Shown here: positions 22,151 through 31,544 of the stretch, piece after piece
How the letters are laid out: each line of letters starts with the position of its first letter
Numbering within the stretch: the first letter of the stretch is position 1
Position numbers and translations under genes: made by a program
The notes under the pieces: model-generated
What the model was told of the DNA's origin: nothing
The model's input: the letters and a program-made list of their open reading frames with translations, nothing else
Databases searched by the model: none
NCBI RefSeq assembly: GCF_014857065.1
Contig: NZ_CP046533.1
Coordinates: 1 to 32,000, forward strand
Reading direction: 5' to 3'
Length of the DNA: 32,000 nucleotides
Source: Candidatus Saccharimonadota bacterium
GTDB taxonomy: Bacteria; Pseudomonadota; Gammaproteobacteria; Enterobacterales; Enterobacteriaceae

Positions 22151-23518
22151 TTAAAACAATCTTATTATTTGAAATATTTTTCTTAATTTTTCATGATCTT
22201 TAATACCAGGTTTTAATTCTATTCCGGAATTTAAATCTAATCCTGCACATCCTAGATTAATAGCAGCGGTACAATTGTTTTCTTGTAATCCACCAGCTAG
22301 TATTACATTATTAAGTTTCATTTTATTTATTAGTTTCCAATCAAAAATTTTGCCGCTTCCTCCTGTACTGTCTAAAAGATAACGGCTAACTTTATTTAGC
22401 TTTTTTATTTTTATTGTTTGGTTCATGTTAAAAGCTTTCCATATTTGACAATATTTAGGTAATTTTCGATGCAACAAATTTATATAATTTTGATCTTCTT
22501 TCCCATGTAATTGAATTGCGTACAATTTTAAAATTGATGCTATTTTTATTATATTAAGTAAAAGGTCGTTACAAAAAACACCTACATATAATAATGGCGC
22601 AATCTTTGATTGCGTTATTGTTTTTGCAGTAAAAATATCTATATGACGTGGTGATTTATCTACAAAAATTAAACCTCCATATAAAGCTCCTGCCTTATAA
22701 GCAGCATTGGCGTCAATAATACGTGTTAATCCACATACTTTATTTTCTCCTAGCAATAATCTACGAGTGGCTATATCTAAGTTTGTTGCAGACATTAAAA
22801 CACTTCCAATTAAAAATCCATTGACATATGGACTGAGTTTGCGTATTTGTAAATGATTTTTAATTCCTGATTCGCTTATAAGTATTACTCCATTCTTATT
22901 TTTTTGAGAAATATTAATAGTACGATTTAGGTCTATGGACATATCATGTAAATTACGGTTGTTAATACCTATTACTTTAGCTTTCAGTATTATTGCTCTT
23001 TCCCATTCTTCTTCATTTATCACTTCTGTTAGTATTCCCATGTTTAAATTATGAGCTATTTGCGCTAATTTTTTATAGTCATTATCATTTAGTATTGATA
23101 GCATTAGCAGTATTGCGTCAGCTTGGCATAATCTGGCAAAAAAAATTTGCCATGGAGAAACAATAAAATCTTTGCATAAAATAGGTTGCGTTACTATTTT
23201 ACTTATTTTATCGAGAAAATTAAAATTTCCATGAAAATATTTTTCTTCCGTGAGAACTGAAATTACAGAAGCATATTTTTTATAAACTTTTGCAATTTTG
23301 TCGAGATTGAATTTTTTTTGTATGATACCTTTTGTAGGCGTGGCTTTCTTACATTCCAGGATAAATGTTGTATGAGGTTTTGAAAGAGCATGGTAAAAAT
23401 TACGATTGGATAGCTCCAATTGTTTTGTTATTTTATTTAAAGGTCGTTTTTTTTCTTGTATTGCAACCCAACTTTTTCTATTTTCAACTATTTCTTTAAG
23501 TAGTGTATAATTACTCAC
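22151..23518 (-). CDS. trpC: bifunctional indole-3-glycerol-phosphate synthase / phosphoribosylanthranilate isomerase
   Basis: 455-aa ORF collinear with fused E. coli TrpC(F): FILECKKATPTKG, ISVLTEEKYFHGNFNFL, LLGENKVCGLTR, CAGLDLNSGIE. Its start overlaps the trpD end by 8 nt. Confidence 0.95.
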   Translation of the reverse strand: MSNYTLLKEIVENRKSWVAIQEKKRPLNKITKQLELSNRNFYHALSKPHTTFILECKKATPTKGIIQKKFNLDKIAKVYKKYASVISVLTEEKYFHGNFNFLDKISKIVTQPILCKDFIVSPWQIFFARLCQADAILLMLSILNDNDYKKLAQIAHNLNMGILTEVINEEEWERAIILKAKVIGINNRNLHDMSIDLNRTINISQKNKNGVILISESGIKNHLQIRKLSPYVNGFLIGSVLMSATNLDIATRRLLLGENKVCGLTRIIDANAAYKAGALYGGLIFVDKSPRHIDIFTAKTITQSKIAPLLYVGVFCNDLLLNIIKIASILKLYAIQLHGKEDQNYINLLHRKLPKYCQIWKAFNMNQTIKIKKLNKVSRYLLDSTGGSGKIFDWKLINKMKLNNVILAGGLQENNCTAAINLGCAGLDLNSGIELKPGIKDHEKLRKIFQIIRLF

Positions 23519-24518
23519 AGTTTTTGTTCCTTTTTTCTGTTAGTAGCATTAAATGTTTATAAGCTGTTCCGTTGTGAATGTTATTAAGTGCTAAATCAAC
23601 ATTTTTATTTAAATTTTCATGTCCAAATAATTTTAATAACATAGCTACGTTAGCAGCTATTACTTTTTCGTGCGTATGGTTGCCTTTTCCTTGCAATAAT
23701 CTAATTGCATTTAAATATTTATCTTGTTGTGAAGTTTTAGATATTTCACAAGGTTGTAATCCAAAATCTTTTGCTGTTAGTGTATATTCTTCAATTTTAC
23801 TATCATTTAATTCTTTGACTTGTGTAGGAGCGTGTAGCATTACTTCATCTGTACCATTGCAATGTACTACTATAGCGCGACGATATTTTAATAATTTTAA
23901 TGTTTTTATCATTATTTCCATAAGTTCTATTTTATAAACACCAATTAATGCTAATGGTGGTTTTGCAGGATTAATTAATGGACCTATCACATTAAATAAT
24001 GTAGTGGTTTTTAATTTTTTACGTACAGAAAGTGTATTTTTAAAACTTTTATGATAGTAAGGAGCATGTAAAAAACAGATACCTAATTTATCTAAAGTTA
24101 TTCTCGAAAACTCGGGAGACATATCTAATGGAATATTCAGTTGTTTAATAAGATCCGCTGATCCTATTTTCCCAGAAATACCATGATTACCATGTTTAGC
24201 TATTTTTGCTCCACAGGTTGCAGCAACAATTGCGCTAATAGTTGAGACATTTATTGTATTGTTGCAATCACCACCAGTACCAGTGATATCTGCAAATGCA
24301 TAATTAGGTCGTGGAAATGGTTTGGCATTAGCTAATAGTACATCACTTGCTCCGGCTATTTCTTCAGATGATTCACCACGAACTTTTATGCCTATGAGTA
24401 TCCCGGCTAATTGTATTGATGATATATTACCTTCAATGATATTTTCGAATAATTGTCTGCTCTCTTTAATATTAATGTATTTGCCTTGATATAATTTTTC
24501 TAAAATATTTTCTAACAT
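23511..24518 (-). CDS. trpD: anthranilate phosphoribosyltransferase (stand-alone TrpD)
   Basis: 335-aa ORF. ILEKLYQ, DITGTGGD and KHGNHGISGKIGSADL match the C-terminal half of E. coli TrpGD. It has its own AAGGAA Shine-Dalgarno and ATG, 21 nt after the trpG stop. Confidence 0.95.
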   Translation of the reverse strand: MLENILEKLYQGKYINIKESRQLFENIIEGNISSIQLAGILIGIKVRGESSEEIAGASDVLLANAKPFPRPNYAFADITGTGGDCNNTINVSTISAIVAATCGAKIAKHGNHGISGKIGSADLIKQLNIPLDMSPEFSRITLDKLGICFLHAPYYHKSFKNTLSVRKKLKTTTLFNVIGPLINPAKPPLALIGVYKIELMEIMIKTLKLLKYRRAIVVHCNGTDEVMLHAPTQVKELNDSKIEEYTLTAKDFGLQPCEISKTSQQDKYLNAIRLLQGKGNHTHEKVIAANVAMLLKLFGHENLNKNVDLALNNIHNGTAYKHLMLLTEKRNKNCE

Positions 24519-24539
24519 ACTTTTAGTTCCTTAATATAT

Positions 24540-25118
24540 TTAATTAATAGCCCAGTTGATAGTTTGATTAAGTAATTTTTCTCCATGAGTAGTTAAAATA
24601 GATTCTGGATGAAACTGAAACCCGCATATTTTATTTTTATTATTTCGTACCGCCATTGTAATTTCGTCTAAATATGCGTTAATTATCAATTTAGTGGGTA
24701 TTTTTATTCCAATTAATGAATGATATCTGGCAACTGTTAATGGATTAGGCATGTTCATAAACATGTCCAGGTTATCATGATATATGCGTGACGATTTTCC
24801 GTGTAAAATCTCCTTAGCTTGTTCTATACAACCTCCATAAAATTCTATAATAGCTTGATGTCCAAGACAAATTCCAATTATTGGTATTTTACCATGTAAC
24901 TCTTTTAATAATTGTGGCATACATCCAGCATTTTTTGGTAAACCTGGTCCTGGAGAAAGGATTAATACAGGTTTATCTAATTTATGTAATGCTTCTATTA
25001 TTATCCTTACTGGCAATTGATTAAGGTAGATTAATACTTTGTGTTTATTGATGCGTAATTGATCCACTAAGTTGTAAGCAAAAGAATCTAAATTGTTAAG
25101 TAATAAAATGTTAGCCAT
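24540..25118 (-). CDS. trpG: anthranilate synthase component II (glutamine amidotransferase, stand-alone TrpG)
   Basis: [22 protein letters not shown] compares with E. coli [22 protein letters not shown]. The catalytic GICLGHQAI and FQFHPESI are present. An alternative ATG at 25133 lies 1 nt after the trpE stop, so the start is ambiguous. Confidence 0.93.
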
Positions 25119-25134
25119 TAAGCAATTTCTCATT

Positions 25135-26694
25135 TTAAGAAGTACAAGTATGTGTTTTGATAATAGCGTTCAGAACAGAGAGTGCTTTATTTCTACTTTC
25201 TTCCGCTTCTTCTTGAGGAATAGAATCTAATACAATTCCAGCACCCGTTTGTACTGTTGCTATTCCATTTTCAATATATGCTGATCTAATAACAATGCAG
25301 GTATCTAAAGTTCCATTATCTGTTAAATAACCGATAGCTCCTCCGTAACTACCTCTTCTTTCTCCTTCTATTTCCGCTATAATCTGCATGGCTCTAACTT
25401 TTGGAGCGCCACTTAATGTACCCATGTTCATACAAGCGCGGTAAGCATGTAAAGCGTCTAAATTTGCATTTAATTTCCCCACAACCTTAGAAACTAAATG
25501 CATCACAAACGGATAACGATCTACTTTAATAAGGTCAGTGATATAACGACTGCCTGGTTCACATACTCTTGCTAAATCGTTACGTGCTAAATCTACTAAC
25601 ATTAAATGTTCTGCTAGTTCTTTATGATCCGAACGCATTTCACATTCAATACGATTGTCAAGGTCTATATTTAGTGTTCCATCATTGTTTCTGCCTCTTG
25701 GTCGTGTACCTGCTATAGGATATATTTCAATTTGTCGATTATCGGAATTATATTTTAAGGAACTTTCTGGTGATGCTCCAAATAATGTGAATATTTCATC
25801 TTGCATAAAAAACATGTAAGGACTAGGATTATTAATTTTTAACGTTTGATACGTTGCAAGTGGTGATGGACAAGGAAGAAAAAATTTACGAGACGGGACT
25901 GCTTGGAAAATTTCTCCTTCGCGTATCTTGTTTTGTACATTTTTTATTATCTCACTATATTCAGCATCGTTTTTATTATATTTGATTGTTAAATTGTTTC
26001 TCGATTTAGAAGGAATAGGTTTAAATTTTTTACAACAAAGTTGTTGTTTTAATTTTTTTATCCTTTGTTGAAGTCTGATCTTTTCGCAAGAATTATTTGT
26101 GAATAAACTGATTTGTATTTTAGATGTATTTTTTTGATGATCCATAATCAATAGTGTTTCAGCTAAATAAAAACAATAATCTGGACATCTTGGTCCTTTA
26201 GTTTGTATTGGTATAGGTTCAAAATACGATACTAAATCGTAAGAAAATAATCCTCCTAAGAATATAGTTTTGGCAGTGCTTATTGGTTGTTTGATTATTT
26301 TAGTTAATAGGCGTAAACAATCGAAAATGGATATTGATTTTAAATTAGTATCTTCATCCGTTATTGGCGTTATTGTCGGAAAAATTAATTTACGTCCATT
26401 TTTAAATGGATAAATTTTAACTTCTGTTGGCAACATCATATCTAATAGCAAGAGTAACGCTGCACCATTATTAGTTATTGCTTTTATTGTTACTATCGAG
26501 CCTGATGCGCTTATTCTTAAAGCAGTATCTATTATCATCATACTTTCTAAATTGCGTTTTTTGTTAATTTCTGAAGATTCCAATAGTAATGTTGATGTGC
26601 GTTGTCCGCACAATTGATGAAATATCATAGTAGGATCATCATGGTATTGAGCTGTTTCTTCTATTAGTTCTATATTGTGAAAGACGAATGTCAT
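25135..26694 (-). CDS. trpE: anthranilate synthase component I
   Basis: 519-aa [70 protein letters not shown] match E. coli TrpE. Confidence 0.97.
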
Positions 26695-26808
26695 TATTTT
26701 TGTATCCTGATCTTTACTGTTTTATTTGATGCTTGCTATTGTGGGTGTTATTTGTATATTTATTTTATTATTGATTATTCAATTATTTGAGTGTTTTATT
26801 TTCATATA

Positions 26809-26842
26809 GTATTAGTAAACTAGTTAATATAAAAAATGTCAA
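26809..26842 (-). promoter_or_regulatory. trp operon promoter with a TrpR-operator-like sequence
   Basis: The minus strand reads TTGACA-TTTTTTATATTAACTAG-TTTACT-AATAC. The E. coli trp promoter/operator, as I recall it, reads TTGACA-ATTAATCATCGAACTAG-TTAACT-AGTAC. The -35 is identical, the spacer is 17 nt, and AACTAGTTTACTAATAC differs from AACTAGTTAACTAGTAC at 2 positions. It lies about 115 nt upstream of the trpE ATG. Confidence 0.7.
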
Positions 26843-27191
26843 CGTTAATTACATACGTTAGGACAAATAGTTTTATGGTTTATTAATGCAAGCATTATGC
26901 AGAATGTATGTGATTTGTATGTATTTGGCATAACATAATTGATCTTTATTTTACCTTTGTTATAATCTATTAAATGACATGTTGGTGGTATAGTATCTAG
27001 CATTTAGCATTATTACGGTTGGAATATTTGTTGTTTTGCTATATTTGAGACAGTTAATGTTTAAGTAATATTTGGATCTGGAATTGTGTTTTTGAAATGC
27101 TAATTTTGACATTTTATTCCAGGATATGTTGTTAAGAAATCAAGGTATGTAAGGGATGTTGCACAATTATATATTTGTATAAATTAGAATT

Positions 27192-29767
27192 ATGGGTTAT
27201 TTTGTAATATCACAATCCATATAAGAATGATTAAATTCCCTGTTATTGCAGAGTCACTGGGTTAAGGCAAAAGTTATTGATAAATATTTAGGTAATGATT
27301 ATCTTGTGAGATCATGTTTTAGTTATATTCGTGATCTATTAATTGATAATGGTAAGTGTAATGTCCTCTTTAATGACATAAGAAAAGTCGTAGATTATTT
27401 AGATGATCATGAATTTTTATTTAAGTATATAGTTGTGGATCCATATTCCGAATGTTGTAACTAAATATGAAATTTTACTTCATAAAGAAAAAAATTGTTA
27501 CTGAATTAAAATTTTTATCTAAAATGATCAATCATATTTATTATGTTACTAATTTGGATCAGTGGAGGTGAAGTTATCGTTTGGTGTTTTACGTTCAGTA
27601 ATTGATGAAAAGATGAAAAATTCAGTATGAGTAATTTCATGAAATTACTCATACTACTGTCATAAAAGGTTTGAATATCCTGGTACACTAAATATTGCTA
27701 AAATGCATGTCAACAGTTAAGGCGTTTTGTAAATGATTGAATATTAGGGTTTATGATCTCGTTATTCTTGTAGAAACAGATTGCAAGTAGATTGCCAGTT
27801 GGTCGTGCACAATTTGCGGTAATAAAGTTCATAGTAGAATGTAAAAAAAGATTAAAAATTTTGTATTAATGAAATATTGGAAATCATATGTTAATTTAGA
27901 AGTTTTCAGTAAAGATCAAATTAAATTTCAAGTTACTCATACAAATGATAACTTGTTGAAGTTTACTAATAATTTTTAAGTTTAAGAAATTCAAAAAATC
28001 CTTAATTGATTTATAATGTATAATTAAAGGGAAAATGATGGATTTATTTACCATAAATTTCCTGTGTCATTCGTTATCTCAATATTACAACAGATTATTA
28101 ACCTTTATCTGGGATGTTCTGTAAGAGAGATCATGATATTATCTCAAAATTTATATGAAACTAGATTACAATTTATATGCTTGTTGATTTTGTCAATCTA
28201 AGTAAATCTGTTTTGTATATTGGATGTTTTTATATTACTAAAAATTATGGTAAGATATTTGTCTAATTTACTTAATCAATATATTAGTGAGCATGGTGTT
28301 CAAGAAGTTTATGAGGTTATTCGTTTTTTTAATGTATATATTTTATCAAAACATATACAAAGTTTAGGTATTAATGTAAGTAAATCATATCACTTGATTT
28401 GAAGTTAATTTATTGCCTGTTCAACGTAATTGTCTAAATGTATAGATACTAAGGTTACGGTAAGTGTAAATGAGTTTAATTATGTATCAGAATAAAATTA
28501 ATTTGTTTTGATGGGTGGTTAAACCATGCTAAATCATCATTTTTAAAGATTATCAGCATGTTTTATTCAGTTTGACTGTTGGTTAATACTTAAGATTAAA
28601 AAATTTTTCTAGTCAATGTTTTACTCAACACCATTTTGTTATAAAGAAGCTTCTTTTTTGGTTAAAAACTACAAAAAAGAAATGTTGGTCGTTCTTTAAC
28701 ATATGCTACTGTTATTTCTATGATTTAGGAACATGGACACGTGCGTATTCATAATTTGTATTTTTATATGGAAAGAGGTGAGTAAAATTGTAATTGGTCA
28801 ATTAGAGAAGAATTTATAAATTAATGAATTATAAATTTACTGCTAATATGTTAAATTTACCTGATTAGATTGCTAAAGAGCAATAAGAATGAAAAAGTAT
28901 TAGATAGTTTTATTAATTTTGCCAAACAATTAAACATTGCTGAAAAATATTTAATGGTCAGAAATATACAATCTTCTAATTTTTTTTTAGTGATTATTAT
29001 TTTTGCTGTGTATTATGTGGTTTTAAAATATTTATAAAAACAGCGCTTAATGGTATTTTATTGTTTAAGATATATATATCGACTCTATCAATAGAAAATG
29101 GTGTAAAATATAATTAATTTACTTTCTATAAGAAAGGCAGTTGTCTGTGTTGTTTGTTGCATTAAATATGATGTAACTGTGGAGGGTTATTTAATTAATT
29201 ACGACAAGAATTATGTATTTGTGTTAATAGTTTATTATTTGGCACTTATATAATTAAAGTTAGTGAATTTTGTGTGTAATATTATAATATTTTTAAAAAT
29301 GTGAAAGATGTAGTCACGATATGTATTTAAAATTTGGTTGATTTAGGAGATTTATGTTTTGTATCAATTAACAAATCTTATAGAAATATTCGTAATATTT
29401 TACCTCAAAGTGCAGTTATACATCCAGAAAGCAATATTAATTTCTTTTTCAGAACTTGCATGTAAAAATTTTCTACTTATTTTATTTTTTGTATAATGGT
29501 ATATTTGGGATCTTTAGTTGTTAATACTTTTTCTAAATTTCGTGAGATTAGATTCTTTTTAATTGAATATTTATTTCTATTTCGTGATAAATTATCCCGA
29601 ATTTACGTTATTTAGTAGATATTTTTATACAATATGCGTATATTGTCAAAGTTATATTAAAATTTTACCGTATAAAGAAACAGCAACAATCTTCTTCAAG
29701 ATTGGATAATGGATTAAAATTTTTTTTGATTATTTTTATTAATGAACAGTGACAAATTAAAAAAATG
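27192..29767 (+). pseudogene. topA: DNA topoisomerase I pseudogene: nearly full length, with many stops and frameshifts
   Basis: Collinear similarity to E. coli TopA from N- to C-terminus:
- MGYFVISQS (E. coli MGKALVIVES)
- VKAKVIDKYLGNDYLVRSCFSYIRDL ([26 protein letters not shown])
- KIVTELKFLSKMINHIYYVTNLDQWR* ([27 protein letters not shown])
- FHEITHTTVIKGLN (FNEITKNAIRQAFN)
- NACQQLRRFVND*ILGFMISLFL*KQIASRLPVGRAQFAVIKFIVE ([44 protein letters not shown])
- FQVTHTNDN (LQVTHQNDK)
- QEVYEVIR (QEAHEAIR)
- LMNYKFTANM (LMNYDFTAQM)
- KCERCSHDMYLKFG (KCEKCGSEMHLKMG)
- final ...EQ*QIKK (GKWVEGKK)

Verified lesions are listed in the topA finding. The position between trpE and ribA matches E. coli synteny. 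Confidence 0.9.
27624..27655. repeat. perfect 32-bp palindrome inside the topA pseudogene
   Basis: AGTATGAGTAATTTCA (27624-27639) is followed directly by its exact reverse complement TGAAATTACTCATACT (27640-27655), with no spacer. Confidence 0.95.
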
Positions 29768-30472
29768 ATTTTCGAATAATGAGAACAACAGATATATGTG
29801 TTAAATATCAACTGTGAAATATAAATGATAATAATGTTAATTATAACTACTTTATTGGTTTAAATAGTTAAAATACTTACAATCAAGTATTACTTAAAAT
29901 GGATGTTTTGTATATTGTTAAAATATTTTAGTTATAGTAAATTTTATTTTTGCGTTATTATCGTTGTTACCTATAAATTAAGAATAGGTATGTGTTTCGT
30001 CAGTGTTCTTAAAAATTTCTCAAAATGTTGCTTTGTACATTGGATTTGTATGTTATTTATTGTGTATTTACCATATTATTGTTGATTACTTTATATCCAA
30101 TGGATGTGTTGTTGATTTTTGGTTTTGTAAATTTTTAGTTACAATTATACTTGAATTGTATATTTTACATTTTAAATTTATAATTTCAATTAATGTAATA
30201 ATATAATGGTTTTACAGAAAATTTTATTTCTTAAATAAGATCTACTATTGAAAGTTGTATTCTCGTATTCGCAATTTTTTTATTATGTCATAAATATTAG
30301 TTATGTCTCAATTATAGTATATTATTTTAAATGCATAAATTTGTTAATTCTAGTAAGTTTAGACATCTTAATACAAAGGGAGCGTAATAAGTTGATTTAT
30401 AATAATGTGTCGTTTGTAAAATTAAGAGATTTTTGTTTTTTATTATTTTAGTTTTGGATTTTTATTTATATA

Positions 30473-31075
30473 TTATTTTTTAGAAATAGGGAATAAAAAA
30501 TGACCCATTTTATGCGCTTTAGTATCTAGATAATTGGTATTTTTAGGATTTCGTCCAACAATTAATGGTACTCTTTCGCTAATGTTTATTTGAGATTGGC
30601 TAAGTATTTTGACTTTTTGAGGATTATTGGTTAAGAGACGTATTGTTTTAATATGTAATAATTCAAGTATATCGGCGCATAAGGTGAAATCGCGTTCATC
30701 TGCAGAGAATCCTAAATGTTGATTCGCTTCAACCGTATCAGCTCCATTATCTTGCAGTGCATAAGCTTTAATTTTATTTAATAATCCTATATTTCTACCT
30801 TCTTGTCTATGATATATAAGAATGCCGCGGCCTTCTTGTATTATATGATGTAATGCTGCTTCCAATTGAAAGCCGCAATCGCAACGTAAGCTAAATAATG
30901 CATCGCCAGTCAGACATTCAGAGTGTATTCTTGCTAGAACTGGGTTGGATCCAGCAACATTTCCGTATATTAATGCTACATGATTTTTTTCAGTTTTTTT
31001 TTCTTCAAATCCTACAATTAAAAAGTTCCCCCATCGAGTTGGTAATTTAGCTTCTACTATACGTTTTATTTGCAT
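30473..31075 (-). CDS. ribA: GTP cyclohydrolase II
   Basis: 200-aa [56 protein letters not shown] and [22 protein letters not shown] are near-identical to E. coli RibA. A GGGGA Shine-Dalgarno precedes the ATG. Confidence 0.96.
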
Positions 31076-31544
31076 GTTTTCCCCACATTGTATACGTAAA
31101 ATATATAAATTTTATATCTTATAACTAAAGGTATCATTTATAAGCAGCTTATTAAATATAGTATGCTACAATATTTGCATGAATTTCATTTTTATAAAGG
31201 TAAATTGAAAAATATTTTTTATTTTGTTTTAGTATGTGTTAATCTCTTGCTTGTTTTTTCTGTTTTGATGATTGTTGTTTAAGTAAAGAAATTGTAAGAC
31301 GGTAATATGTGCTTAAGGTGTTGACCTGATTCTGATATATAATATTCTTATATATCGATGTAATAATCAGTTTGTTTATAGTCTGAATTAACGTTGTTAA
31401 TCGATAAAGATTAAATGAAGATTTATTAATTATTTTAGACATTATCTATTACTTGATTGTTTTGTAATATTGTTTTGTTTCAGTCAGTTAATATTTATAT
31501 GTATAAGTTTTTATTAATTTTTACGTGAGTAGCAAAGAGAGTTT

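Noticed and set aside
26779-26805. Mini-ORF MKIKHSNN as a functional trpL leader peptide.
   Set aside because: It has no Trp codons and no downstream alternative hairpins or terminator. It starts almost at the predicted transcription start. It is at most a relic or a coincidence.
27246-27464. 72-aa ORF, and the 60-aa ORF at 28220-28402, as possible small genes.
   Set aside because: Both are fragments of the topA pseudogene. They align to TopA residues ~9-75 and to the QEAHEAIRPSDV region respectively. They are not independent genes.
27488-27494. Possibility that the A7 frameshift in topA is rescued by transcriptional slippage, as described for poly(A) tracts in some insect endosymbionts.
   Set aside because: Slippage could fix only this one frame change. 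The relic carries many additional in-frame stops and other frameshifts, including a stop in the Toprim motif, so no functional product is plausible.
29903-30451. Three 60-67-aa ORFs (29903-30085, 30003-30206, 30248-30451) as candidate small membrane proteins.
   Set aside because: They overlap one another or lack a Shine-Dalgarno. Their F/I/L/Y/C-rich composition is what T-rich non-coding DNA produces. They lie in the spacer left by gene loss. Only comparative conservation could rescue them.
31239-31442. 67-aa minus-strand ORF between ribA and asnS (MSKIINKSSFNLYRL...).
   Set aside because: It has no Shine-Dalgarno (the upstream sequence is AATCAAGTAATAGATA), and no motif or homology I recognise. 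Its length is within what chance produces elsewhere in this window. It is left unannotated pending comparative evidence.
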